A DNA stretch of 62,710 bases, counting the filler, from Klebsormidium nitens (lineage: Eukaryota > Plantae > Klebsormidiophyceae): NCBI GenBank assembly GCA_000708835.1. It is 4 parts of 4 records of this genome, joined end to end, with 100 filler letters (N's around TTAATTAATTAA, not from the genome) between each part and the next. Parts side by side here need not be neighbours in the genome. Positions count along the whole stretch, not along the records: positions 35,199 to 44,807 come from DF238190.1; positions 44,908 to 62,710 come from DF237932.1; 2 more parts are not named here. One strand, 5' to 3'. This document shows positions 35,380-49,000 of this stretch, piece by piece. The translations under genes were made by a program, and so were the position numbers. Below the pieces are notes generated by a model, which was not told where the DNA came from, did no database searches, and saw only the letters and a list, made by a program, of their open reading frames with translations. Each line of letters begins with the position of its first letter. Positions within the stretch are counted from its first letter, which is position 1.

Positions 35380-36420
35380 GAATCGTATTTGAAGCTCGGT
35401 ACAAACTTTCAGCCCATGGCCCGGCGGCGGGGCACCCCCGGTTCCAAAAGTTCAGGGTTCAGGAGAACCCTGAGTGAACCTTTACTGAAGCCGGTTCAAA
35501 ATTGCAGGGTCGCTTACAGCTGGTACGGGTACATGGGTACACTCAAGCTTGACGGTTGCTTATATTTTTTGGTGTTTAACGTGTTTTGCGTTTGCTGTGT
35601 ATGTTCGTGGAATATGTAGCAATTACCGTTGTCTTGCTAGTACGACCAGGACTTTATTAACCTCTAATGAGCTTGCCAATCCAAAAAGCCGATACTACTA
35701 GTAGAATTGCTGATATCAGTACTTTTTGGTGTTTTATATAATTTGAGTTCTTCGTGTAGTCGAGTACAATGACGCTCGAGTACCGCATCTACCGTACCCA
35801 TGACGTACGGTAACCTGAGGGCGGCCGATACCGGGACCGTGTTAGGTACTCGGTCGTTGATCGGTACCCTAGGTCGTACCTAGTTTACCGGTACGGCTAC
35901 ATCGTACCTAGTACGTATCCGGTCGTCCGGTACCAGTTGGCGTGGAGTAAAAGTAGGTACTGTATCGGCCTCAGACCGGGGCGAGGCGTGTACGGTGTAC
36001 TGCGCGGTACACAAAGTTTCTGAAGACTGCTCCATTCAAAATTCATTCACATTTCTCCTGAATTCGGAATATCTGGACGGCCGCCGATGGCCCCGCTAAT
36101 TTTTTTATATATATATGATTTTTAAAAATATCTAATTTAAAATACCTGTTCAAAGCGGCGCAAAGTCCAAATTTTCAGGATTCAGGAGAAGTCTAAATGA
36201 AGCCCGAAAGAATTCTGAACATCCACATTCATTGGAGATTCATTCATGTTTCTCTTGAATCTGAAATTCCGGAAGCCGGGGGGCCTGTTTGGGCATATAA
36301 GATAAATCAAACAATGAATAAATAAAAAACCCCGCCGGGACCCGGCGGTCCGGACCCCTTTTCCGGAACTTCAGGATTCAGGAGTACTCTGAATAAAGTC
36401 TGAAAGAAATCGGAAAACGG
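35380..36420. repeat. Repeat-rich non-coding region (likely DNA-transposon subterminal sequence) next to the LINE insertion
   Basis: TTCAGG(A/G)TTCAGGAG at about 35451, 36174 and 36371; many GGTAC/GTACC motifs; TGAAGCTCGGTACAAACTT at 35389 resembles the 17488/21198 family. Confidence 0.5.
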
Positions 36421-36477
36421 TATCTAGAGTACCGTACCTAGCTAGCATGCTTCGTACGGCACCCAAGGCCTACTGCA

Positions 36478-39400
36478 ATGCGGTACAATACGTTCCCGGC
36501 CGTTGACGCGGTCGTCGCTCACTACCAGGCTCTGACCGGTGCCGCCTCTGGCAAGCCCACAGCTGATCCCCCTGCTCCCCGCATTGTGGACATCTCCGAT
36601 GCCGCTGACGCAGACGTGGCTGCAGCAGGTCGGTTCATTCCCGCACGAATCCGTCCCTTGTTGCAAGACTGCGCTTGCGCTGGCCGCCAGTCCCGCTTTT
36701 TCGAGCACGAAAGCTTCCAGCCTTTTGTTTCTTGCCCATCTCGCTTAGGCCCCCCATCCTTTTCTGTCTGTATATTCTATACATCTGCAAATGTCGTTCG
36801 CCACCTCTCTGCCCCTAATGCATCTCTTGCCTGTCCCTCTCCTCCTCAGATGCTGCACCTGCCGCCATGGAGCAGTAGACCAGGGTACCATCTTCTCAGC
36901 TCTCTTGCACGTTTTAGGTGCGTTCTCCATCGTTTCCCCTGCTCCCTCGCAGCACTTTTTGCCTATCAGCCACCTCAACTATCATACTTTTCCTCAACTC
37001 GCGACACACATCCCTCTTACTTTCCCCCATTCACACCCCCTTCTCTCCGCTCACCTCCCTCCGGCCCGTCTCAACTTGCGACTTCCCCCTCGGTTTCATA
37101 TTCCAGCTTTGTTGACGGCTCGCTTCGCCTCTCTGAACCTTTCTCATTGCATATTTTAACTCCCCGCTACCCGCTCTCTGCAGTTTGGCGTTCGGCCGCA
37201 GGGCATCGCTCGAACCGCGTGACCCGTCCCGCACTTTGTGACGCCCCCAGCCGACCTTTCGATTCTCGTATAGCGCCTCACTTAGTTAAATTGATAGTTT
37301 CAGTGGCAAGACCGCCACTCTCTTTCATTGATACGTTGCCTTCGTTTGGTATGATAGATGATGCCACTAGTACGCTTGTTATGCACATCTTTGCTTCTCG
37401 CATCGCTTTAGGACTTGCTATGCTTCACTGGCTTCCCTCTTGTATCTCCATCATCTGTACCGCCTATCAATTATGGCGCCGTGGTACGAGTCTCCTCTCT
37501 CGACAACACTTTCGATCGGCTGCACGATCGTATATGCGACGTTCAACTGCACACACGGTCTGTAAGACCCGTCGCTTACTCTCCAGCTACATCATATTCT
37601 ACCTACTTTGCTGCCGGCTTCAGTTTGCCGCCCTCAATACTTTTCCACATGACACACCTTTCTCGCCCTCGTCAAACCCGCATGCCCGCTGCAAGTCCTA
37701 CGCTCGCTCAACACGGGCCCTCAATCACTTGCTCATCGAATGTCAATCACATCTATCCGCCGTCTTCCACCGTCTTCCAAATCAACGCCCAGAGTACATC
37801 CTGACATATGTATATTTCCTCTTCATTTTCGACCCCTCCGTTTGGCCTCACACGGACGCTTTTGCATCCACCACATGGACGCCCCTCATATATTACACTG
37901 CCGCTCACGCTTTTCTTGTAACCATCATCTCTTCCATTCTGCCCTATGCTTCAGGCAGAACCTCGCTTCGCCATTTGTTTCACATCCCCATTGTGCGTAT
38001 CGCATACCGCCATATTCACCTCATCTACCATAGCACGCTGCATCGTTTTCGTCCGACCCAATCTCTTCTCCGCTCCTTTTCTCATGTTATTCCTTGTATC
38101 AATCACGTCCGCCGCTCTCAGTCATACCATCAACTTTCTACGCTCTTCTTCTCAATGTTTTCATGCTTGGCGCTCCTCAATCTCTCGCGTTTGCTCCTCG
38201 TACTAGGCGGTGATATTCACCCCCACCCCGGTCCACAGCCTGAGCCATCTCAGACCACTGCGCTACCACCCATTATTAGTGACCATCTCAACATCCTGAA
38301 TTGGAATTGTCGGGGCATCGACGCTAAGCTTGCTACAATCCCCAGGTTTTTGCGTCAACATGACATCCACATTGCCATCTTCACTGAAACCCGCTGCTCT
38401 CTTGGGGTCCACAAGAGCAACAATGAAGTCCGCTCTGTAGACTATACTTTTTATTTTTCCTCACATGTCGACTCGTCGCATAGCGTCTCCTATCTCCCAT
38501 CCCGAAACCGAGAATGGGGCGTCTGCATCGCCGTACGCACCGGCCTAGCCTACCAGTCCACTTCTAGTGACCTCTCCCATTTCCGCGCACGCCTTCAGCA
38601 CGGTACCCTCAGCATCCCTACCCCGACGGGAACTCTTGTCCAAATTGACATTGTTGGCGCATACGCCCCCGCACAATCAGAGCAAAAGAGTGTATTCTGG
38701 GAGGCTCTCACGTCATACGTTCTCCCTCTTGCCCCCCCTACAGTCACAACTCCAGAGACACACCCAAGGCATACTATTCTTGCCGGTGATTGGAACAGCT
38801 ATCTTGATCTTGAACGCGACATCTACCGTGCCGACCCACCTGACACAATGGAGCGCGCCTCCCCCGCAGCACATCAGCACCTCGCGCGTTTCTTAACAAA
38901 CTTGGCCGATGACGGCTTTCACCTGTATGACCCAATGGCTCGAGACAAACTTTCAGCATATAACGACTTCACTTACTCATCGTCGAAACAAACATACCGT
39001 TCAATCCTTGACAAAGTGTTCACATCCTTTCCTCCCGACCATTGTGAGCCTACCCAGATTCTCGACTCTTCTGTAACACAGTCCCTCGGCCTCTCTGACC
39101 ACCGGCCCGTCTTTCACAGCATCAGTCTAGCTCGACTCTGCCATGGCTGGCTCGAATATCCTGCTGCCCGTCTTAGCCGACCCCGAATCGACATTGACAC
39201 TGCTCATTTGTCTGCCGATCAAGAACTAGCCCTACGGAACGCCGTTCTTGACTGGCAACGTGCCCTCCCAGCCCCTCTGGCCACTGCTCTGCTTCACGAC
39301 TCTACTGAACCCGCACCTCATATCTCTTCTGATACACTGATTGCTTTGCATGCACAACTCTCAACTCTTTTTGTTACTATTCCTGCCACTGCTTTCAACA

Positions 39401-42400
39401 CAGGTCCTCACACCCCTGGTCATCGTGTGTACAAGACTCTTACTGCTGGCAAAACGCAGCATGCCCTACATTGGCTTAGGCGCTATCAGCTTTTGTTAAT
39501 CAACCTCTATGCTGCCAAGATTCGTGGCGCGCAAAATATTGACAAGCCCACCCGTCGCGAAGCTCGCCGCCTGCGCTCTGAATACTTCGCGGACACCACT
39601 CTCCATAACGTCCTCCAACCTTCTCTACCTACACTATTTTCGACCAAAATCCCCACTTGGACTCTCTCTGAACTCAACACACATCGTCAGAAAGTTGAGA
39701 CTCTGCACAAGGAATTCAAAAAGGTCTTGGACCATGATCTGCTCACCAGCAAACAAGATCGCAGACGTCAAGCCCGTGATGTTGCTTACGCCACACCAAT
39801 TGGCTCCACTGCCCGCCGTCCTTATCAACTCGGTCATAGCATCAACAACAGCCCGCTCTCGTCCATTATGAAACATCCTGTCGATCCTTCTATCCTGCTC
39901 ACTGGCTCCGATGTCAACGAAATATGGGGTTCCTCGGCCACTGCTACCCGGCCCAACACAATGCCCACCGTTTCAACGGAACCATCCATCCCTCCCTGGC
40001 TAAATCCAGCCCTCTGGACGGATGTACAACATTCCATCACACATGTTGCCGTCACTCTAATGGCTCCTTTAACTGCAACCGAAATCCGAGCTTTCCTTAA
40101 CCACACAGGCAAATCGGCACCGGGACTAGACGGTATTCAATACGATGTTCTTCGCTACATGTATTTACACAGCTCGCTCTCTGATCTTCTTCTCCTTGCT
40201 ATTTTGCAACGCTTCCTAAACATCCTACTCCGCCAACAGCAATTTCCCACCTCCATGAAGAACGCTCTTCTTACCTTCATTCATAAAACTGGCGACCCTT
40301 TGCAATTTGGCAACTACAGGGGCATTAGCCTTCTGAGTTGCCTCCTCAAGTTAATCACAGGCATCGTAAACGGCCGACTTCAAAACCTTTTGCACGACCA
40401 TGCCGGCTTGGACTGCAATCAAGGCGCCAATCGCAAAGGCATTCACGCTGCTCATAAAGCTGCAGTTGTCATGAACATTATTGCTGACTCTAAACTCCAC
40501 AAACGTCCATTGCATATAATCTACACGGATATCAAGAGCGCTTTCCCAAGTGTCCCCTATCAAGCATTTACAGATGCACTTACCGTAATGGGTCTTGACA
40601 ATAGTCTACTCCAACTCATCCTTGACATGCAAACAGATTTTAGCTGTGTCGCTAAAGGTCCAACAGGCTACTCATCACCTAAACCCAAAGTGAACGGGGT
40701 ACACGAGGGTGACTGTCTCAGCCCCACTCTCTTCTGTCTAGTTCTAAATATGTATTTTCATTGGCTGCGCTCGACTGGGCTGGGTTACGATATGAAAAGT
40801 GCTGCCGGCGCATCGCCCGTACTGTCCATTCAAATTCCAGTCAATGGCTACGCTGACGATATGGCCCTGATCGGACGCTCGCACGCGGAGGCCCAACAAA
40901 TACTAGCCATGCTGGCCCGGTTTCTTTCATACTATGGTATGGAATTGAACCCTCTTAATGTGCCTATCAATATCGAACCGAAGATCCCACCTACCGCCCA
41001 CCTGCCGCCACCTGCCGCTGGGGTAATCTCCCCACCTTTCATGGGCGTACCTCTTACAAATACCTTGGCTATTTTATCAACATGCATCTCGACTTCAAAC
41101 ACCAGTTTGATGTCATGACTCGCAAACTTCAAGAAGCGTGCTTAAGTTACTACGGCAAAACTTCAATCGGTCTCCAAGAAGCAGTCTCCTATGTCAACTC
41201 TGATCTTATCTCCAAACTTCGCTACCGCATGTATCTAATTAGTTTTCCCGACAAGTATCTCAATAAATTTCAAATCAGCTGCAACAAAGTTGTGAAACGA
41301 CTGGCGCATCTTGCAGCATCAACCTCGACAGACCTTCTCATCAGTCAAGGACTTCTTAACATTTCCAATCTGCAGAAGATCGTCCGCGCAGAATTCCTAC
41401 AAAACTGTCTGCAAGCCGTGGATCACTCATGTCGTATTACCACGCAGATCTCTTACACACATCTTAAATACACCACCCTTCATGGAATCTCCCCATTCTC
41501 AACCACTGGGCTTCCACTGGCCAACTGGAACGAATCTCACTTTAGTCCTCTGTTTACGGGCGTTCGTGACCACCTCGTCACTATCAATATGGCTCTCCAC
41601 ATCCATTTTGACGCCAACATCAATCTTGCTAGTTGCAACATACATAATACTATCGGCCCTCTGGCTTATCAATACCTTCCAGAACCTGCTGCTGCCGGCA
41701 TATCCAGTTTGATCGTCACTCGCTTATTTCAAAATTTGACAATTGCCAAGTTAATTACCCTTGACGACTTATCTCCTCTTTTCGATGCTCTGCTGTCTCC
41801 AACTGCTCCGCAACCCTGGGTCTGTCTAATGAACCGCCCCCAACGATCTCCACATGAGATTATCACGCGGTATGCTCCATCTCGCATACTCCACCGCGAA
41901 TTTCACTGCAATAATGTTAGCATCCGGCAGTGCAAGCTGCTTCGAATACTACTTCACCTCTTTCTGGAGCGCCTCCTCCGTGCCAATGCTACTACCCCCA
42001 ATTCCGATTGCACGGAGAGCGCTACCTATTGGGGTAGACTTTGTAAACATTCCCTCCCCGCCACGTTGGCCTACCCCGATGGCAGCGCAACCAAAGATGA
42101 CACCCGCGCCGGATTTGGCATCTACTTCTCTGAATTTAACGATCGCTCCATTGTCTCTCGCATTCCCGGGCATCAAACAATCGCGCGCGCCGAGGCCTAC
42201 GGAGTTCTTACCTCTCTCATGGTGGCTTCCCTCGATACCAATCTCGTGATCTACTGCGACAGACAACCGCTGGTTGACCAGATCAACCGATTTATATCCC
42301 AAGCTCCTCGCGACTTCGACCTACGGCATATTACTGATCGTTCACTTTATCTCCGCATTCTCGACATCATCCGTCGACGTACTGGCTCCACTACCATTCT

Positions 42401-44207
42401 TCATGTCAAGGCTCATGAACGCGATCGCTGCTTGACGTCTGATAGGTCATCTGATCATCTTTCTAACCTTGCCCGGCACCAAGAACGGAACAAAGTAGCC
42501 GATAGGCTAGCACAATCTAGCCTTAACTCTTCACTCAATGCATCTTTAGTCCCTCTTGAAACAAGATTTTTACCTCCTGTCACCGTTATCCTGCCTCCGC
42601 CTCTTGCTGCAACTCCGGGTTCCGGCGTTTTCTTCGAAAAAAACCCCATCAAAGTATACACCCACGCATATACCTCAGATCGTTCTCTTCACTACCTTGG
42701 TCGCGGCGAATGGCACCAGCTTCTCTTTACGGCCACCATCTGGCAAGCGCCTTCCCTATCTATCTTCAACGCAAAACGCGACTCGGCCGACAAAAAGCGT
42801 CTTATACAAATACTTGGACGCACGCTCCCCACTTTCCATCGATTACGCACAATTAGACCTCGTTTATATCCTGACGAGCTATGCATCCTCTGCGACAGCC
42901 ACCCTCCGGAAACTACCGAGCACCTCTTCTATGAGTGCCCAACTTTTGCTGGTCATCGTCAGCAACTCCTCACACGACTGGTTTCGATTTGCCGCTCACG
43001 CGCGCCGCTTCGCACTACTACAACTGCCCTCCGTACATACTTGTACAACGCTTTTATTCACGTTCCATCTGACCGTCAGCGCTTCTTCTCGGCTGGACAA
43101 TTACCGCACTCCTTATTTGTCTGGCTTTCATCTCGGTTGCCCACTGCTTCTCAGACTACTAGATTAGGTAAGGAGCTACACGCTGCCCTTTTCGAATTCT
43201 TTCAGCATGTTTGGCGCGATCGGTGTGCGCTCATCAAAGAACGCCATCACCTTTTTAAAGATCGCCTTCATGCGTTCCCACAAATGAAACCGCTCCATGA
43301 AATGGACGACACTAATTATGTTGCCTTTGCCAAGTGCTGGCAAGAGCTACACCCTTCGAGTTCACCTGATATTACATCACACGCTTTCACGCCGCGGCCT
43401 ACAGTAACCCCCTCCCCTCAGACTCCTCCTCCCCTTCTTACTCCCACTTCGTGCTCTCCCGCACGGCCTAATTTGTCCACTGACGACCTCCACCTCCTTG
43501 CCGAGCCTTCAGCCCTACCTGCTCACACATCATCTACCTCACTCAAATTCCATACAACACATCATATTTTCACAGGTCGGTTAACACGATGCCTGGTACA
43601 GGGCGACGGGAATTGCCTCTTTCGCGCCATTCTCCTTGCACACGGTCGACCTGATACTGATCATCACGCACTTCGCATCGCTTGCGTACAGACAATCGTC
43701 ACAAACTGGAACACTTATACGCATCAGATCAATGCTGTTCATCAGGACACACCAGCCTTCTTATCAACTACAAGCGAACCTTTTCCAACGTCCGCTCACT
43801 ACACTAGCTACATGTCAACTCCGGGCAACTGGGCCACTGAAGTTGAGGCTCTTGCATGCGCTCGTTATCTGCAGGCCCCACTTATGATCTGGTCTGCAGT
43901 CACTGGCCTTCCTCTACACCCTCTCATTAATTTCTCATCGACTGCTCCACCTGTCACTCAACGCATCATGCACATTGCTTACAATGGGACCGATCACTAT
44001 GAAGCTCTTATTGTCCGTGTTGCCGCCACCGCTACCCTACTTTCCCACCAGCTATACAACGATATCCTAGATCCTCACATATCTCACTCTTCTTCGCCAG
44101 CCTCTCAACCCGCTCGTGTGTTCCAGCGTTCCTCTCAATTGCAACTACACTTTGGTACCACTGGTCATCAAACCAAACGCCGTCGCCTCGACTCCCCAAC
44201 ACGATGA
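36478..44207 (+). CDS. LINE polyprotein (hydrophobic N-terminus, 2A-like motif, APE endonuclease, RT, RNase H, CCHC, OTU) split by a single frameshift at about 40957
   Basis: APE: NILNWNCRG, IFTET, ILAGDWNS, LSDH. RT: PGLDGI, NYRGISLLS, DIKSAF, GVHEGDCLSP, GYADD. Adding one base at CTTAA-TGT restores LNPLKC...YKYLG in frame with ORF 41082-44207. RNase H: YPDGS, RAEAYG, YCD, HVKAH, NKVADRLA. CILC...EHLFYEC knuckle. OTU: GDGNCLFRA, NWATEVEALA, HYEAL. Confidence 0.93.
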
Positions 44208-44346
44208 TGCAAAATTTGCTGGGTCTGTAACCCTACTTCAGTGGGGCTACAGCACTACGATGTGGCTCCCCTGCCCTTGAGGCGTATGCTAGTCTGCAGT
44301 TTCCATCTGATGAGCTGCACGTGCCAGACGGTCCCCCACAAAAAAA
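36493..44346 (+). mobile_element. APE-type non-LTR retrotransposon (LINE) with RNase H and a C-terminal OTU domain, flanked by a candidate 16-bp TSD
   Basis: AATGCGGTACAATACG at 36477-36492 and AATGCGGTACAGTACG at 44345-44360 (1 mismatch); the second overlaps an A7 run at 44340-44346. Confidence 0.8.
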
Positions 44347-46010
44347 TGCGGTACAGTACGGTACCGGAACTCTCCGACTGTACAGTGTGTACCGTAGATC
44401 TAAGAATAGGTACCTTACGTATCTAGGCAGGTACTGTAACTACCATTCCGTTCAGAGTTCATAATGCATTCCGAATGAAATTTCTTAAACTTACGCAATA
44501 TTATTGCTCAAGTCCACCAGTCTGTGCTTACCTTATCTTGTTCAGGCCGGGCAAGGCCGTTCATGAAGAGGTTCAAATGAAGTTCCAAATTTGGAAGTTC
44601 AAACCACCATTCATACCTTATCCTCAAGCTGCTAAAGGGAAGCGCTTTCTTGGGTTCTTCGCAAAAGAAAGGACCATCTTTGAGAGCGCCAATAGAAAGT
44701 ATGAGATGTCCAAATTTGATCTTAAACAGAGAGGCAACTGAAATATGCTTCGATTAATATGATTGAAATTCTTGACTGGCAGTGACTCTCTGCTCATGTA
44801 GCGCCTGNNNNNNNNNNNNNNNNNNNNNNNNNNNNNNNNNNNNNNNNNNNNTTAATTAATTAANNNNNNNNNNNNNNNNNNNNNNNNNNNNNNNNNNNNN
44901 NNNNNNNAGTTTTTTAGTATCACACTGCCACGATCGCGGGCGGCGGCGCGCCGCGCGCGCCTGCAACTTACTACTAAAGAAGTTCAACAAGCCCGCGGCC
45001 GCGGCTCCACTGAAGCACGCGTGCGCGAGCGCCCAGCTATTTATACCGGTAGGTCATGCTATAATTTTCTTCTCTTATTTAGTTCTTGTGTGCATTGTGC
45101 AATCAAATCATAGAAGGCAATGCAGGATGCAGCACCTTCTTGTTGGCGCATGCCAGCTTGCAACAAGGTTGGCGTCATTTGAAAGTTCTTCGCCTCTTCA
45201 AGTCTCTTTATATGGTTTGAAGAGGGGCAGTCGAGGCGACTCGGCGCGGACATGCCGCACCGAGGCCGCACCATGGCAATATGCGACTCCATGCTGATCA
45301 GGTGAGGGTGTCTTCGGATTACAGCCAGCCAGCTCTAGGGACGCATTACGCCCGGGCTCTGCACGAATTCTAGCCCCGTGCTGTTTGACTCCTCTTCATC
45401 TAGTTTCATACTCTTGCATTTCTTCCTCGTACAATTTTCACATTTTGACAATCTTTAGGCCCTGACCCAATGCAGCATCACTGCAAATTGTCTGCAGAGA
45501 AAGACTCCAGTCCATCTTACCAATTCTGAGTTGCAGCGCCCCATATGTTGCACACAGTCCAGGGGCTCCAATCAGGGGGGAAAGGGGCGGGGCGCACTCA
45601 GCAGCTCTTTTAATGAGCTTTCTGTTGCACGGCTCTGCTACCAGCAGCTTGAAAAGCTTTAAGGCTGAAGTGGGATTCAAGGAAACAAGGGCAAAACCAA
45701 AATCCAGCTAAAAAAGGGATGCTTATGTGAATTCAGAAGTCCCTGGATCCTTGTCAAAGCCTATCCTTGTCCTCAAGTGCACTGTCCGGCAGGTATCAAG
45801 TCCCTACATGAATCCTGTCGCAACCGCGCTGGCCCCCTTTGTACGCTTTTCCAAACATGCATTAGAGATCCCTCTTCTCTTGCTCGCTCTTATTTCCTTC
45901 CCTCTTACTGTCTTCTCCTTTCCGTAGTATCAACACCTGACCATCTGCAATACTACCACCCCTGAATGGAAGTGCCCTCACACTCTTTACTCCTCGCTTC
46001 TCACTCTCAG

Positions 46011-49000
46011 GTTTCTCCTAGTGGCGGCTTTGGCCGCTATGTACCAGTACATCAATCAACGGCCGCAGGCCGTGCTGCCAACGCGTATCATTGGACTGTT
46101 TCCGGAAGCCAAAAGTCTTGCCACGTGTCTGGGCGGCGTAGCGGGAATCCAGGCGGTTCTTTTGCCTGGAGACGAGGGTTTTGCCGCCGCAGCGCTGGGC
46201 GACAACAGGTGAAGTGGTTTGACAACATCAAAGGCGTACTTTCTATCCTTGCGCTGGCTCTTGAGCATTGTAATTCTGAAACCACGGCAGGCATTCAAAG
46301 GTTCTTGTTTCTCTCTTCTGTCAGCAGCGGGGCAAAAAAGGAGTGCTATAATCCTGTTCCAACTTGCTCTATCTCTCTTGGCCCCTTGTTGAGATTCGGC
46401 TTCTACTAAGCAGATGAAAGATGTAGCGACCGTGCCTTCTCAATCCTTCCTGCTGCAGTAAGCTGATCAAGGCACTGTTGCCACACCAAGCACACAAGTA
46501 AACTTTCTTGTTTGCTTTTCTCTTTCCCTCTGAACCAAGCCGTTCAGATTCCGACGTAAGACCGAGAAGCAGAACCAAATCTAGATTTCTCGAACCTGTT
46601 CGCACAGGGCCTTTGCATCTACCCCCGCCGCCATCGTCTACCCAAAAACGACTCAAGACGTTCAGGGCGTTGTGGCCTGTGCGCGAGCATCGGGAGTCCG
46701 GGCAGTGCCAAGATCGGGAGGACACAGTTACGAAGGTGATTCCCCCAGTACCTACTTACGAACGGACACGCTAAGGAGATATTTGCATAGGGTCGGCGCA
46801 GCGGGTCAGTCTGAATCTTATCGGTTGCTTGGAAAGCATCGGGATGTTGGTACCCTAATCTCGGATTTCGGGTGTCCATGTATCCCCTTTCAGATACATG
46901 AAAGTCATGAAGTTCCTGTTCAGAGTCGGGCTCCTGAAGATCAAACGAGGTCGTTCCGTCCTTCAGCTGAAGCAGGTTGGAAACCTGCATGTAAAGCACG
47001 ACTACCGAACGCCGGACTGAACACGAATTGAAAAACCCATTCCAAGTTGGTGTGCATGCCCCAGGGGCAGGTGACGTCAGCCTCTGACATGCAGAATAAA
47101 GCATCCAGAAGGCTCTCCCCGTCGGTCGACTAGAGCGATCCGGGTCTCCACTCTGAACCCTCCGCTGACGTTATCGAGTGCTGACGCCATTTCCTGCTAC
47201 GCAGGGTACAGCGTCCAAACGGGCACGGTCCTCGTCGACTTATCCGGCCTCGACTTTTTCACACCGGGCCCGGGTGACGCCTCCGCAAGAGTGGGACCCG
47301 GCAATCGGCTGGGGCCCTTACACTATAAGGCGTGGACGCAGATGGGGCGCGTGTTCCCGGGGGGGGTGTGCCCGCATGTGGGCGTTGGTGGATTGATCCT
47401 CGGTAAGCTTCTTTGCCTCTGAGCCCTTTATTTTTTCAGGCTGGATGATTATAAATACCCCCGCAAAAAGATTGGCGGACTTTGGACAATTAAAAGGTCG
47501 AAGCGACCAAAAGGGCAACAGAGAGTGTATTGCCGTTAGTCACAGCTTCATACGAAGGTCGAAGTTGAAGACAGCTGATTTCTACATCACGTGAACCCTT
47601 TCAAGCGTAGATAATAATCCTTACTATCCTGTTACATTCGAATGTTATGCTCATCGGAAACAGATTTCGATCACTCCACGTGTCAACAGTTCGAGAGGCA
47701 GCCCCGCATTTCATGCTGAACTGCGGGGCTCTTCTGCAAAGTCTCTCAGATGCTGGCAGAATCATTTCCGCTTTTTCCTGCTCTGCTTCATTCTCCGCTC
47801 ACGTTCTCACCCCTTCTTCAAAGACCGTTCGCTGCGTTCTGCTGGGCTCATCCGTTCTCTGTTCCTTTGTGGTCTGTTTGGTCTGTTAGACAAGGACCGT
47901 TCTCTGCTCTGTTTTAACATCGTGACGAGCGTTCCTGCAGACCTTTCGCTCTCCAGCTGTTCGCTTCGCTTTCAAGAACCGAAAATACCTTTTCAGCTTT
48001 TTCAGAAGACTTTACCAACTGAAGAGTCTGCCTTGCTGACGTCACTGTGCACTCTACTAACATCGCCCCGCCACGTGTCCTCCCCCTGCAGGCGGCGGCA
48101 TCGGCCCCCTCTCCCGCACGTTCGGCCTCTTGAGCGACTCCCTAACGGAGGTCGAGGTCGTTCTCTACAACAGCACGGTGGTTACCGCTAACCAAACTCA
48201 TAACCCGGACCTTTACTTCGCTTGCCGGGGGGGCGGGGGGGGGTTCCTTTGGCATCGTGACGTCACTCACGGTGAAGATGTTCGACCCGGGAGACAACGG
48301 GAAGGTGGTTGCTTTCCAGGTGAGGCGGTGTAGCGAGTTTCATGTCAAAGTCAGGATGGCGTGTCTCCACTCCTCCTAATCTCTCAGCACTGGGGTTGCG
48401 TCTTTTCATTTTTGCCCTGTTTGTAATCTTCCTTGGTTGTTTAGAGCACTAAGGTTGTGTCTTCATACCCGTCCTGCTTTACTTCTTGCTAAGGTGTCGA
48501 AAGAAAACCATGCGTTCTATATTCATCGCTTGATAAAAGAAGCAGCGGACTGATGACAAAGTTTGCTTTTCAGACAATTTGTCAAGATCGAGTCAAACGG
48601 GATTGTGCTTCCTTGCCTTCTTTGCTTCAAATAAGGCATGTGATTCGGTCGAATCAATTGGACGGTGAAGGCCGAGTGACGAACCAAATGACACGTGAGC
48701 AACAATTCTGGCAGTAACTGGCAATATTTTGTCACTGTTTTCAGGCTTCAATGGCAGAAACTGGAATCATGTTTGTTCTCGCAATATTCTCTTTCATCTC
48801 GTCTCAATTGTGCCCTTCTCTTTGGGGTCTATCAAAAGCCCAATACTGACGTTTAGCACGTCTTGACACTCAGTATTTGTATGTTGCAGATTGAGTGGCC
48901 CACGTATGACGTCATTCCGGACGTTCTGGAGGCCGTCCAAGCGTGGCTGCGGACCGCTCCGGACGAGCTCAACGCGGACGCTATTTTGGGCTTTGGCAAC

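Noticed and set aside
44305-44345. CTGATGAG resembling a hammerhead ribozyme core at the LINE 3' end
   Set aside because: No GAAA after a stem II, and no stem I/III pairing found.
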